From IMG/VR virus record IMGVR_UViG_3300025009_000052: 64,000 bases of DNA; one strand, written 5' to 3'. The stretch comes from a virus. This document shows, piece after piece, positions 1-9,543 of this stretch (position 1 is the stretch's first letter; each line of letters opens with the position of its first letter). A program made the position numbers and the translations under genes. The notes below the pieces were generated by a model. That model made no database searches, was not told where the DNA came from, and was given only the letters and a program-made list of their open reading frames with translations.

Positions 1-14
1 AATATATCATCCTT

Positions 15-344
15 TTAATAATATTTTTCTTCAAATTTATCTTGGCTCATACATAAAAGAATTATTAAGTCTATAAGGACTATAAAGAGTGGTAGAAAAG
101 TCCAGAAGAAAAACAAGAAGAAAAAAAGATAAGCTATGCCTAATATTGTTTTACCTAAATAAAACTTGTGCGCTCCAATCACACCTAGAAAAAATGCTAA
201 AACCGCTGCAGTTGTCTTGCTCTTAACTGAAATGCTTTTTTGTCTAACTCCGCAATGGGGACAAATCATAGCCTTAATCTTAATCGCAGTACCACAGTCA
301 TTGCAGAATTTTTCGTCCAATCCTTTTAATCTTTTTTGTTCCAT
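15..344 (-). CDS. Zinc-ribbon + TM2 (NINE-like) membrane protein
   Basis: CxxC..CxxCG ribbon then KSKTTAAVLAFFLGVIGAHKFYLG, the TM2 signature; AAGGAGG SD upstream. Confidence 0.85.
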   Translation of the reverse strand: MEQKRLKGLDEKFCNDCGTAIKIKAMICPHCGVRQKSISVKSKTTAAVLAFFLGVIGAHKFYLGKTILGIAYLFFFLFFFWTFLPLFIVLIDLIILLCMSQDKFEEKYY

Positions 345-529
345 AATGCCTCCTTTTTAATAAATTCATCGCATTCGATTAATTCTTCTGATTGATCATT
401 ATCATTACAGCCGTCCCACTTACCTTTTAAACAACATAGCTGGATGTAGGGAAAATCAAAGCTTGGTAATAAGTCACTACCCAAGAATTTACAATCAGAA
501 CATTTAACTAAGTCTTTGTTTTTATTCAT
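326..529 (-). CDS. Hypothetical Cys-rich protein
   Basis: Start re-called to ATG 529 (MNKNK), overlapping the end of the upstream gene. Confidence 0.6.
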   Translation of the reverse strand: MNKNKDLVKCSDCKFLGSDLLPSFDFPYIQLCCLKGKWDGCNDNDQSEELIECDEFIKKEALWNKKD

Positions 530-689
530 CTTCTTCGTCTTCCTTTCTACATTGTGGACATAAACCATCGTCATCTAATATATTCTCAGAGCCAACACTA
601 TCGCCACAACGATAGCAACAAAATTCATCTTCATCCCATTCAGGAGTTTCTAATTTCCAATCATCATAACCATCTAGTAGATGTGCCAT
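522..689 (-). CDS. Small acidic CxxC zinc-finger protein
   Basis: AAGGAG SD (695-700) before ATG 689; CYRC...CPQC. Confidence 0.65.
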   Translation of the reverse strand: MAHLLDGYDDWKLETPEWDEDEFCCYRCGDSVGSENILDDDGLCPQCRKEDEEDE

Positions 690-706
690 ATTAGCTCCTT
701 TAATAA

Positions 707-718
707 ACAATACCACAA
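707..718 (-). promoter_or_regulatory. Extended -10 (early-type) promoter TTGTGGTATTGT
   Basis: Matches the recurrent intergenic motif; lies upstream of SD and ATG 689. Confidence 0.6.
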
Positions 719-753
719 TTCAACATAAACCACAAGATAATTATTTATTGTAA

Positions 754-969
754 CTACTTGATTTTAGTTAAATCGTGATATAAAACTGTTTTTTCCATAA
801 CCGATTGGATATTTAGGTAAGTATTATAATCAAGCTCATAGGTTTTATCAAAAGCCTGACACCAGTATGTATCAGGATCGTACCTACCGTCTTCATCTAG
901 AAATAGGGTAATATTATTAATATCGGTCGTAATCGTATGGCCACCTTTTGTTTTAAAATTTACTATCAT
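754..969 (-). CDS. Hypothetical protein
   Basis: AGGAG SD; ATGA-coupled to the upstream gene. Confidence 0.65.
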   Translation of the reverse strand: MIVNFKTKGGHTITTDINNITLFLDEDGRYDPDTYWCQAFDKTYELDYNTYLNIQSVMEKTVLYHDLTKIK

Positions 970-1175
970 TTTTTACTCCTATTGTTGATAAAGTATATTA
1001 CGGAATATCCAAATGAGCATATTATAATTGAAGTAAACAACCAACATAGGAACATTTCTATATCCACCAATGTTGATAGGTAAGTATATGTAATATCACA
1101 TAGATAGATTAAAAAGAAAGCAACTAAGAATAGTCCACTTCCAATTAAGGGTGATAGCCAGGGTGATAGTTTCAT
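966..1175 (-). CDS. Small two-TM membrane protein
   Basis: Two hydrophobic segments; ATGA coupling. Confidence 0.6.
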   Translation of the reverse strand: MKLSPWLSPLIGSGLFLVAFFLIYLCDITYTYLSTLVDIEMFLCWLFTSIIICSFGYSVIYFINNRSKK

Positions 1176-1741
1176 AATTTCACCTCACCCACAACCGGCA
1201 TTATAACGGTTTCTAATTGGCCATCTTCTTTAGTTACAATAACGATTGGTTTTAGCGGGTCACGAAAATGCATAGTACAATAATTAGTATCCCCTAGTAA
1301 TTCCAATAACCTAATCATTTGTTTAGGATTAAAAGAGATTGACTTAACATCTTTTTTAGATGAGTAGGTTTCCCTACACATTACTCTATAATATGGAACG
1401 TAGTCTTTTTGGATTATCGGAACGATTAGGTTATTTACTTGGAATTGATCGTCGGTTAATGTGCAATCAACAAAGCCGGTCTTTTTAAAGGGTCTTATTT
1501 CGGACTTGATCTTTTTAATAAAACCTCTATCTAGGATTATTTCACGATCTTTGAGCTCTCTAGCCAATGCGATTTCCTCTACCTCATAAGCCGCCATCAT
1601 ATAGCCGTCGGTAGCGGCAATTCTTACCTTACTATCTACAGCTTTGAGGAAAACACCCTGTAAATTTGGTCTGGTTACGTCGTCACTAGTGGCGTTATTG
1701 ATTCTGGTAATGAGCTCTAAAGTTTTATATTGTATTTTCAT
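1172..1741 (-). CDS. Truncated DNA polymerase III beta-clamp (DnaN-like) protein
   Basis: DnaN-like motifs TRPNLQGVFL, AATDGYMMA, YVPYYRVM, ISFNPKQM and C-terminal VIMPV; only 189 aa. Confidence 0.8.
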   Translation of the reverse strand: MKIQYKTLELITRINNATSDDVTRPNLQGVFLKAVDSKVRIAATDGYMMAAYEVEEIALARELKDREIILDRGFIKKIKSEIRPFKKTGFVDCTLTDDQFQVNNLIVPIIQKDYVPYYRVMCRETYSSKKDVKSISFNPKQMIRLLELLGDTNYCTMHFRDPLKPIVIVTKEDGQLETVIMPVVGEVKL

Positions 1742-1743
1742 CC

Positions 1744-1953
1744 TTACTCCTTATCTACATTTACGTTACGGGCACATAGGCAATTTGTGATAGACTTATT
1801 TTGATTAAATGAGACTTGGACGCCAGACATCAGGAAGGGTACTCGGTCTAATACAACAGAAATATCAAAATAATACTCATTACCCTTAGGGTCGATGATT
1901 ATACCATTTTTATCTTTTTGGCTATACCAGAGAACTTTTCCCTTCTTTTTCAT
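1744..1953 (-). CDS. Cold-shock domain (OB-fold) protein
   Basis: KGKVLWY..KNGII...EYYFDIS...GVQVSF...ARNV parallels the CspA consensus; 69 aa. Confidence 0.75.
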   Translation of the reverse strand: MKKKGKVLWYSQKDKNGIIIDPKGNEYYFDISVVLDRVPFLMSGVQVSFNQNKSITNCLCARNVNVDKE

Positions 1954-2228
1954 CTATTTATCCTCCTAGCTTTCTTAGCTGCTTTATTCCTTTTTCTATT
2001 ATACACCTTTTTCTTCAGATCCACAAGTCTTTTTATGGGTTCTTTTTCTGGTAGATAGCCGATTCTATGTGGAGTGCCAGATGTGTCACTTAAATTAGCG
2101 GCATTATTTAGTGTGATAGGTTCGGTAGTTGCTGTCGATTGAGTACCTATTTTTAGCATATAGTTAATAATATCTGTAGCGTCAAATAAGGGTAATCTAA
2201 CACATGGTTCTTCTTCCATCATACTCAC
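1950..2228 (-). CDS. Hypothetical protein with basic C-terminal tail
   Basis: GAGGTG SD; RKRNKAAKKARRINR tail. Confidence 0.6.
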   Translation of the reverse strand: MSMMEEEPCVRLPLFDATDIINYMLKIGTQSTATTEPITLNNAANLSDTSGTPHRIGYLPEKEPIKRLVDLKKKVYNRKRNKAAKKARRINR

Positions 2229-2229
2229 C

Positions 2230-2355
2230 TCAATTAAAAATATTTAAGATAGTTGACAATCCTTCAGCAAATATATAGGCTGAATAGAGCAGGAACAGCA
2301 TGTAGGCTGCCCAAGTCGTTAGCAATAAGCCCAATATAATCAATAGCTTATTCAT
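2230..2355 (-). CDS. Small hydrophobic peptide (41 aa, not in ORF track)
   Basis: Manually translated MNKLLIILGLLLTTWAAYMLFLL...; fills the gap, ATGA-coupled. Confidence 0.5.
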   Translation of the reverse strand: MNKLLIILGLLLTTWAAYMLFLLYSAYIFAEGLSTILNIFN

Positions 2356-2495
2356 TTGATTCCCCAATAGTTAAGAGCTAGTTCGTGAATATGACTAACA
2401 AAAGGTATAGTGTAAAATACGCTAGTCACTAAAACAGCAACACTAAATACAGCTAGAGTGGCACAAATAAATATAGTTTTAAATAGTTCTTTCAC
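2352..2495 (-). CDS. Small hydrophobic peptide (47 aa, not in ORF track)
   Basis: GTG start after GAGGT SD; MKELFKTIFICATLAVFSVAVLV... Confidence 0.5.
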   Translation of the reverse strand: MKELFKTIFICATLAVFSVAVLVTSVFYTIPFVSHIHELALNYWGIK

Positions 2496-2496
2496 A

Positions 2497-2826
2497 CTAT
2501 ACCTCAATCTCTTTAATTATTTCAGTTTCTATAAATTTATAACATCCCTTCCAATTTAAATCTTCCCAAGTCTGGCTTGAGTAGATACAGCTAAATTCGC
2601 CATCTCTGTCTAGATAATAGTGTCTATATAGCACATGCTTTTTCTTTGGTTTTTCTGGTTCGTAGACCCTATATTTTATATTTCTAAAATCTAAATTAGT
2701 TAAAGTACCCTTGTCGGTAACTATATATCCACTATCGTTTATATGCACATAAATACCGAACATACCAACTGCGTTTAATTTCTTCCCATCGAGTAACGCC
2801 TGTATTATTTCCCTGTCTGTTTTCAT
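2497..2826 (-). CDS. Hypothetical phage protein
   Basis: SD and ATGA coupling. Confidence 0.65.
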   Translation of the reverse strand: MKTDREIIQALLDGKKLNAVGMFGIYVHINDSGYIVTDKGTLTNLDFRNIKYRVYEPEKPKKKHVLYRHYYLDRDGEFSCIYSSQTWEDLNWKGCYKFIETEIIKEIEV

Positions 2827-3302
2827 TTCACATCTCCTAAATCCTGTTTACAATCAGGACAATATAGATATTTACTAGTTATTAAGTGAACCTCACGTTT
2901 ATTAGGGTGAGAGCACGAGCAAGTGGGTTCTATGTTGGTACTTACCGCTCTGGAGTAGTATAGTAATTGGGATTCGGTAGCACATGTGTGAGAATAGCCC
3001 CCAAAACACGGTAAAACATCGTATATAAGCCCTACATTGTCTTTATATCTTATATCAACAACCCTATATCTACCTGCGGGAGCTACAAAATGATCCCCAA
3101 TACAGTATATGGCAACTTCTCTTTCGGTGCCGTCGTTAAGTAAATATTGGCCACCGTCGAATACTAGAGTTCTGTATAAAATATTATTAGCACCTTGTTT
3201 TACACCAATAGATCTGATTACACCACAATAACCATTATAGAAACACAGTCTTCCAATTAGCTTTTTAAGTTCGTCTATGGTTTCATTTCCTGTTAGTTTC
3301 AT
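2823..3302 (-). CDS. Hypothetical protein with C-terminal Zn finger; paralog of 54607-55101
   Basis: Shares the MKLTGxET..EL.KLIGR N-terminus and CxHPNKxEVHLITSKYLYCPDCKxDLGD C-terminus with 54607-55101. Confidence 0.8.
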   Translation of the reverse strand: MKLTGNETIDELKKLIGRLCFYNGYCGVIRSIGVKQGANNILYRTLVFDGGQYLLNDGTEREVAIYCIGDHFVAPAGRYRVVDIRYKDNVGLIYDVLPCFGGYSHTCATESQLLYYSRAVSTNIEPTCSCSHPNKREVHLITSKYLYCPDCKQDLGDVK

Positions 3303-3311
3303 AGTCCTCCC

Positions 3312-3668
3312 TTAAAACCCTATATCATCAGGGGCATAGTTACCAACTGTAACAGCTTTCCAATTAGTCTCATTATACTTCTCTAAGATCATTTTGTCAA
3401 CATCTTTTTTAACATTCTGATCGTTAAACCAGAAACTATCGTAATATTTACCATTGCTAAGCTTTTGATGTCCATATTTAATAAATAGCCCTTTTTTAAC
3501 AATAACATAGCGAGCGGTTATAACACCAATTTGAACTAAACCACTGGCAACAAACCAAGTGTTGGATTTATACATATTAAGGACTTTAATATTGTTAGTT
3601 GATTTATTAACCTTTTGGCATAGGTAAACTATTTTATTAATTAACGTGTTTTTATAGTCAGATTTCAT
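3312..3668 (-). CDS. Hypothetical protein
   Basis: 118-aa ORF, ATGA coupling. Confidence 0.65.
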   Translation of the reverse strand: MKSDYKNTLINKIVYLCQKVNKSTNNIKVLNMYKSNTWFVASGLVQIGVITARYVIVKKGLFIKYGHQKLSNGKYYDSFWFNDQNVKKDVDKMILEKYNETNWKAVTVGNYAPDDIGF

Positions 3669-3934
3669 TTATATCCCCTTACCGATCTAAAGTTGTCTAG
3701 TTTAGTAAATTTAAACTTCTCATCCTTCCACTTATCAGAAGCTGTTTTTATAAAGATCCTACCATTATCATATTCTTCAAGGGCATCTAAAAGGTCAATC
3801 AGTTCATATGGGGCCACTTCCAGAATCTTCTTATAATGTGAGTAGAATTCTGAGAGTGAGCCGCATTCTACAACCTGTTGGATATATTCTAAGTTTGTCA
3901 TACCTTCAATAAATCTTGCTTTTAAATAACTCAT
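3665..3934 (-). CDS. Hypothetical protein, first gene of the leftward early unit
   Basis: AAGGAG SD; promoter motif directly upstream. Confidence 0.7.
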   Translation of the reverse strand: MSYLKARFIEGMTNLEYIQQVVECGSLSEFYSHYKKILEVAPYELIDLLDALEEYDNGRIFIKTASDKWKDEKFKFTKLDNFRSVRGYK

Positions 3935-3952
3935 TTTGAGCTCCTTTCAAAC

Positions 3953-3964
3953 ATACTACCACAA
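3953..3964 (-). promoter_or_regulatory. Extended -10 (early-type) promoter TTGTGGTAGTAT
   Basis: Recurrent motif at the head of the leftward unit. Confidence 0.65.
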
Positions 3965-3997
3965 ATCGCCTTAAAACACAACATAAATTTAAATGGT

Positions 3998-4005
3998 AAT
4001 CTTTA
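3998..4005 (+). promoter_or_regulatory. Putative late promoter motif AATCTTTA
   Basis: Intergenic, about 45 nt before the tape measure gene; the same motif precedes all structural units. Confidence 0.55.
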
Positions 4006-4050
4006 ATTCAGCCCTATGAGAAATCAACTACTTATATAAGAGATAGATAG

Positions 4051-6498
4051 ATGACTGAAAAAAAAATACTAATAAAAGCCGTGATGGATAATACTGAGTT
4101 CGATACTCAGATTCAAAAGCTTGAACAAAAGCTTAGGCAGCTCCAACAATCCCAAAAAACCTTCTCACAGGCTCAACAATCTTATTCCCCACAGTCTAAA
4201 ATGGGTGAACATACCAGGGCTTTTTTCGGTGATTATAATCAAGATAACGTAGATAAGTTAAGGGAAATGTTCAATTTAAACGCTCGTAAGCTCCAACATG
4301 AATCTAAAGAACTATTATCCAGAGGATCAGAATTAAAGAAATTAGAAAAGATCGAAGATAATCTAAATGTAATCCAGAAAGCTAGAATAACTCTTTTAAA
4401 GGAAGAAATAGACACGATTAAGAAAAGGGGCCAAGAAATAGTCCAACAAAATACTATGATTAGTCAACAAGCTAAATCATTAGGCTCTGGATTAGAAGGA
4501 TTCAAAGGTGTTGGCGGTGGTCAAGAAGACGACGACTCAACTGGACTTATTTACACACAAAGAATGCGTAATTACAAGGCTTTAAGACAAAAAGGATTAG
4601 GTGTTGGACTATCTAGAGGTTTATCGGCTTTAGGTGGATTGGCTGGAGCGGGTGGCTTAGCAATGGCGGCGGGTCAAGTAGGATTATCTGGTTGGACTGA
4701 ATTTGCAGAAAAACAACGTAATTTGGCAATGGCTCAGGGGTCAGCTACATCAATGGCAACTGTTTCCTTACAGGAACAAGCTCAAGGTAGAGGTGTTGAA
4801 AACCTTATATTTTCTAAAGAACGACAAAGAGGATTAGAAGTAGCTGGAAACGAAATGAGCTCTCAAAGATTAAGGGATATTGCTGGAATTGCAATGCCGA
4901 CTTGGGGGAAGATAGGGGCTGGAGTTGCTGGTTTTGCTGCCGCAGGTCCAATTGGGGCTGCTGTAGGTTATGCTGGCGCCGCTATGACAGATAAAAGATC
5001 CCGTGGCGCACTTCTAGGAACAGAAGAATACCAATCAACATTAACTAAAGAAGGGTTAGAAAAAGCTAGGTCAGTAGAGGCTGCCGAAAAACTCAAAAAC
5101 TTCCAAAGAACTATGGCTTACGATGAATTTGGAAGAAGCGGTAATCAATATAGACAATTCCAACAAATGTTTGGCCAAGAAAACGCTACAAATCCAGAAG
5201 GAATGTTGGGTCAAATTAATCGAGCTGGAATGACCAGAAGTACCGGTATGGAGTTGGGTGGCCAACTAATGCAAGCTAGCGGAATTACTACTGGTTCTGG
5301 TGATTTAAACAATTTAAAACAAATGCAATTATTAAAAGAGGGCGGCATTACTAATATTGGTCAAGTAGCTGGTAGAATAAAAGGATTAGAATCTGGCTTT
5401 GGTGAAAAATCACAAGAAAAGGTCTTAGAAAAAATAATGTATGACGCTATGAAAGCTGGTATTAATGATTCTAAAATGGTTGAGGAAACTCGCAACTTTT
5501 TAAATATCACTACCCAATTAGCTACTCAAAAAGGTGTATCTGCTGGTGGAATTTCAGAAGAAATAGCTAGGGGCACAATGACACCATCTGGAGTTGGATT
5601 ACAATCGGCTATGACAGCTTTCCAAATGAGGGAGCAAGAATCTGGAGATTTGGGAGGGGCTAGGGGTGCTTTTAAATGGGCATATTCAGGAACAGAAGAG
5701 GGGCAAAAATCATTAGGTGGGATGTCCAATAATTTTGAATTGACCAGTAGTTTCTTAGGAATGCCAATATCACAAATGACCGAAGATAATCCAATGGTCC
5801 AACGTTTTATGAAAGAAACTGGGGCTAAGGATATAAATGAATTAAAAGATATCAAGCGTAAGTTTGAACTAAGAGGATCTACACCTAGGGGCGAAACATT
5901 ACAAAAGTTAGAACAATTCGGTAAATCAATTGAAGGAATGTCGGGTCAAGATATTACAAAAGCAGTTAGTGGTGGTGGGTTAAATGATCTATATACGAAC
6001 ATTACAGGTGCTTTAAGTACAGAACGAGGATCAGAGTTTAGGGGTTTAAATTTTAGAGACCAAATGTCATATGTAACAGCAATGTCCAGAGGCGATATGA
6101 CAGGTGGCCAACAGTCTACTTTAGGAGATATTGCTGCTAGAGGTGGAAAATCTCCTTATTTGGCCGGTGAAAAAGCTGAGGCTGCTGACCAATTATCTCA
6201 AATGAATCGATTAAATAAATTCATTGATGAGTTTGCTGATATATCTAATAAATACTCTGAATCCACTAAAATGCTATTAAATTCATCCAGCGATGTAGAT
6301 GAGTCAATGAAGTTGTTTCAAAAAGCAATTGAAAACGGAGCAAGTTCGTTAGAAATGTTACAAGGAATAATGGTTAGTATTAAAAGAACTGCCGATACTG
6401 GTTCAATAGATGAAAGCTGGAAAAGAGGTAATTTACAAAGTCAAATAATAGATTTGGGCAAAGACTCCGCAATGAAATCAAATAAGGGTAAATGGTAA
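4051..6498 (+). CDS. Putative tape measure protein
   Basis: 815 aa, N-terminal coiled coil, Gly/Ala/Gln-rich helical body with hydrophobic GxxG stretches; precedes the hub and spike genes. Confidence 0.7.
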   Translation: MTEKKILIKAVMDNTEFDTQIQKLEQKLRQLQQSQKTFSQAQQSYSPQSKMGEHTRAFFGDYNQDNVDKLREMFNLNARKLQHESKELLSRGSELKKLEKIEDNLNVIQKARITLLKEEIDTIKKRGQEIVQQNTMISQQAKSLGSGLEGFKGVGGGQEDDDSTGLIYTQRMRNYKALRQKGLGVGLSRGLSALGGLAGAGGLAMAAGQVGLSGWTEFAEKQRNLAMAQGSATSMATVSLQEQAQGRGVENLIFSKERQRGLEVAGNEMSSQRLRDIAGIAMPTWGKIGAGVAGFAAAGPIGAAVGYAGAAMTDKRSRGALLGTEEYQSTLTKEGLEKARSVEAAEKLKNFQRTMAYDEFGRSGNQYRQFQQMFGQENATNPEGMLGQINRAGMTRSTGMELGGQLMQASGITTGSGDLNNLKQMQLLKEGGITNIGQVAGRIKGLESGFGEKSQEKVLEKIMYDAMKAGINDSKMVEETRNFLNITTQLATQKGVSAGGISEEIARGTMTPSGVGLQSAMTAFQMREQESGDLGGARGAFKWAYSGTEEGQKSLGGMSNNFELTSSFLGMPISQMTEDNPMVQRFMKETGAKDINELKDIKRKFELRGSTPRGETLQKLEQFGKSIEGMSGQDITKAVSGGGLNDLYTNITGALSTERGSEFRGLNFRDQMSYVTAMSRGDMTGGQQSTLGDIAARGGKSPYLAGEKAEAADQLSQMNRLNKFIDEFADISNKYSESTKMLLNSSSDVDESMKLFQKAIENGASSLEMLQGIMVSIKRTADTGSIDESWKRGNLQSQIIDLGKDSAMKSNKGKW

Positions 6499-8393
6499 TG
6501 TCAAATAGCAAAGCATATATTAGGCATATTTATAAAAATACGGAAGATAGTCATCAGACTTCCCCAGCTTATGTAATGACCTTTGTTAGATGGAATAACC
6601 GAGATACTGTTAATTATAAGGAAGCTGAAGTTGAAACTAGAAAGCCTTTGGTTGTAATAAACGATTGTGTTGATTTACAGGTAACAAATACAAAACAAAA
6701 CGTAACGTCTTCTTTTTCAGCAACACTTAGGGCTGGAGATATTAATTACTCAACAGCGGTTCATCCTGGGGATTATGTATTAATCAATATGGTTAATTTT
6801 CAAGACAAAGCCTATGAGATTTACCAAAGAGCCCTCAAGAGCCAACCTATCAATGAATTTCATGACGGATTTAAAGGCTTATTTAAAGTACAAACAGTTA
6901 GGCGTAAAATAGAAATTAATCCAGAAAGCGGATTGAAGAGTTATTATTTTGTAGTTCATGGTTTTGGATTTACCGAAATGAAAACTCAACTTTATTATGA
7001 TCCAGTTATTAGTACGGTATTCCAACAGTCAGATGTTTTATTTATATCTCAGTTTGCTAAGTATTGGAACGAAATAGCTACCTCTGCTAGTAACAAGAAA
7101 AACATTCAAGAAATAATGATTATTCTATTTAAGTTATTGTTGGGAACAGGATTAAAAAATACCGACTTTCAAATATCACCTACCCAAAACGTACATTTTA
7201 AAGTACCAAGTACTGTAGCGAGATTGTTAGGTAGACAATCGTTAGGAGTTAGCGAGCCAGTAATTCCAGATATTTACAACTTTATTTTCGGCATATGGGA
7301 TAATCCAGCTCAGCAAATCAAAGAAGATCAAGGATCAGAATATAAAGGATTTAATCCAAATGCTAAGTATCACAAAAACGATTCTAATTTCTATACTATC
7401 GGTAAAGAAATAGAAGGTTGGAGAATCTTAGCTGCTGAGAATTTCAATCAAAAAGAAATTTGGAGTGTGTTACAATCATATTTGAATGGAACTGTTAACG
7501 AAATGTACACAACATATCGGGTTAGTCCAGAAAATAACAATCGAGTTTACCCAACTGTAGTAGTTAGACAAAAACCATTTTCATCAGAGCATTATGTGTC
7601 TCCTCAAGTTACTACACCTGTTAAACCAGAACCCAAACCATATACTAAATTTTTATCATTACCCAGATGGAAAATATCGTCTGATTTGATGTTTATGGTT
7701 GATTTGGGTAAAGATGAGGCAGCTAGGGTTAACTTTGTTCAAGTGTTTGGTAGAAGCTTAGCCGCTAGTGATGCTGAGAATAGGTCCATGCAAGTAGGTA
7801 AGGGTAATTTTTTCTATGATGGAAAGGACGTTCAAAGACATGGTTTAAAGCCAATTATTGCAAGTAGTGTATTTGATTACCCAGGTGGAATATCAGAAAC
7901 CCAATCTAGAAACTGGGCCTATCTTTTATTTGACATGCTAAATGCTGGCCAATTAAAAGAATCTGGAGCGATATCTTCTGTTGGAATAGTACACCCAATA
8001 TCTGTAGGAGATAATTTAGAGTTTGATGATTGTGTTTATCATATCGAACAAGTTACTCACAATATGAAAGAAGATCCAGATGGAAAACTATCATTTAGAA
8101 CTAATTTGATATTGTCCTTCGGAACCAATTTAAATAGTACTAAAGATTTACCAATTTACCCACAAATGCAACATACTGACTCGTATAGAGAAAGACTTAA
8201 AGATAATGCTAATGAAGGAATACTTCCAGGTGTTTCGGATACTCAGGATATTGCTGGTAGAGTACAGGGAGAAGAGGTTCAAGAAACTAAAGAACAATCG
8301 TTTACAGGTGGAAGTGTTGATAAGAAGGGTATGGAGAGAGCTAGTAGCTTATCCTATAATGTTAAAAAAGATAAATTAAGTAAGGATGAATAA
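6498..8393 (+). CDS. Putative baseplate hub (gp27/Mu gp44-like) protein
   Basis: Lies between tape measure and spike; FSATL...GDYVLI N-terminus and ISVGDNL...YHIEQVTH C-terminus typical of hub proteins; TAATG overlap start. Confidence 0.6.
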   Translation: MSNSKAYIRHIYKNTEDSHQTSPAYVMTFVRWNNRDTVNYKEAEVETRKPLVVINDCVDLQVTNTKQNVTSSFSATLRAGDINYSTAVHPGDYVLINMVNFQDKAYEIYQRALKSQPINEFHDGFKGLFKVQTVRRKIEINPESGLKSYYFVVHGFGFTEMKTQLYYDPVISTVFQQSDVLFISQFAKYWNEIATSASNKKNIQEIMIILFKLLLGTGLKNTDFQISPTQNVHFKVPSTVARLLGRQSLGVSEPVIPDIYNFIFGIWDNPAQQIKEDQGSEYKGFNPNAKYHKNDSNFYTIGKEIEGWRILAAENFNQKEIWSVLQSYLNGTVNEMYTTYRVSPENNNRVYPTVVVRQKPFSSEHYVSPQVTTPVKPEPKPYTKFLSLPRWKISSDLMFMVDLGKDEAARVNFVQVFGRSLAASDAENRSMQVGKGNFFYDGKDVQRHGLKPIIASSVFDYPGGISETQSRNWAYLLFDMLNAGQLKESGAISSVGIVHPISVGDNLEFDDCVYHIEQVTHNMKEDPDGKLSFRTNLILSFGTNLNSTKDLPIYPQMQHTDSYRERLKDNANEGILPGVSDTQDIAGRVQGEEVQETKEQSFTGGSVDKKGMERASSLSYNVKKDKLSKDE

Positions 8394-9484
8394 TGGCTGA
8401 AAAATATTCCCCAGTACTACCAAGTTCATTATTAGAGCAAGCCGGCGATGAGTTCGACGGTTTTAAATCTACCTATAATAACTTTTCATTGAAAACTGGA
8501 ATTATACTCAAATCATATGATATTGACGATGTAAATAATATATCAAAAAACTTTGTTGAGTATGATGTAATTGCAATTGAATCACAAGGTAATTTAGCCA
8601 CTGGGCCCGTTATTTTTAAGAAATGCCCTTCATTAGAAGGATTTGGCGGTGTGGCCAATTTCTATGAGGCTAAGCTAAAAGCATCTTCTAACGATAAGGT
8701 AAAATATGACGGTGAAATAGCTAAAAGCGATGGATCTGTAGTTTTATTGTTATGTATTAATGGAAATGAAGATAGCGCTATGATCATAGGATCAAGTAAA
8801 CACCCAGCCAGAAAAACTACACTAACTAAAGAAGCTGGCCAGCATTTAGAAGGTGAGTATAATGGAGTTAACTGGCAAGTTAATAAGGATGGGGAACTAA
8901 CAATTACCTTTAAGTCCCCATCTAGTATTGATAACCAAAAAGTTAAGTATAAGGATGAAAAAGCTAAGGGAACATATTTAAAGATTGATAAAACCGGATC
9001 TATAGATATTAATGACGGAGCTACTGAAAATATTAAAATAGACAAAACGAATAAAACCATTGGTATTAAGGCAGACAAGGACGTTAGCGTTAGTACTAAT
9101 GGAAGTTTTAAAGTAACAGCTAAAGAAAATATTCAAATGAAGTCCACTAAAGATTTATTACTTGAAGCTGAGGGTAAAGCCGATATTATCATTAAAAAAG
9201 ATATGAGTTTTGAGATATCTAAAAACCTTAAAGGTAAGGCGGGCCAGATTGAGTTAGAATCTGACTCTATCACTAAGATTAAAACCAAACAATTAATGGT
9301 TCAAGGCGATATGGTTCAAATCCAAGCTTCCCAAGTACAATTACAAGCTTCTATGATAATGTTAGGTAATGGTGGAACACCTGCCGTTACTATGATGACG
9401 AAGTTCTTGGGGATTGGTTTCGCCGGAACACCAGTTGTTAGCTCAGCTATCGGACCAATGTCAAGTTCTGTCTTCATAGCATAA
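8393..9484 (+). CDS. Putative baseplate central spike (gp5/gpV-like)
   Basis: N-terminal OB-like region ending VVLLLCING...IIG, then repetitive beta-strand (beta-helix-like) segments. Confidence 0.65.
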   Translation: MAEKYSPVLPSSLLEQAGDEFDGFKSTYNNFSLKTGIILKSYDIDDVNNISKNFVEYDVIAIESQGNLATGPVIFKKCPSLEGFGGVANFYEAKLKASSNDKVKYDGEIAKSDGSVVLLLCINGNEDSAMIIGSSKHPARKTTLTKEAGQHLEGEYNGVNWQVNKDGELTITFKSPSSIDNQKVKYKDEKAKGTYLKIDKTGSIDINDGATENIKIDKTNKTIGIKADKDVSVSTNGSFKVTAKENIQMKSTKDLLLEAEGKADIIIKKDMSFEISKNLKGKAGQIELESDSITKIKTKQLMVQGDMVQIQASQVQLQASMIMLGNGGTPAVTMMTKFLGIGFAGTPVVSSAIGPMSSSVFIA

Positions 9485-9543
9485 TAGACCAACAATAGTA
9501 ATCTATACACCATAGGTAGGATAATCTACCATTGGAGATTAAT

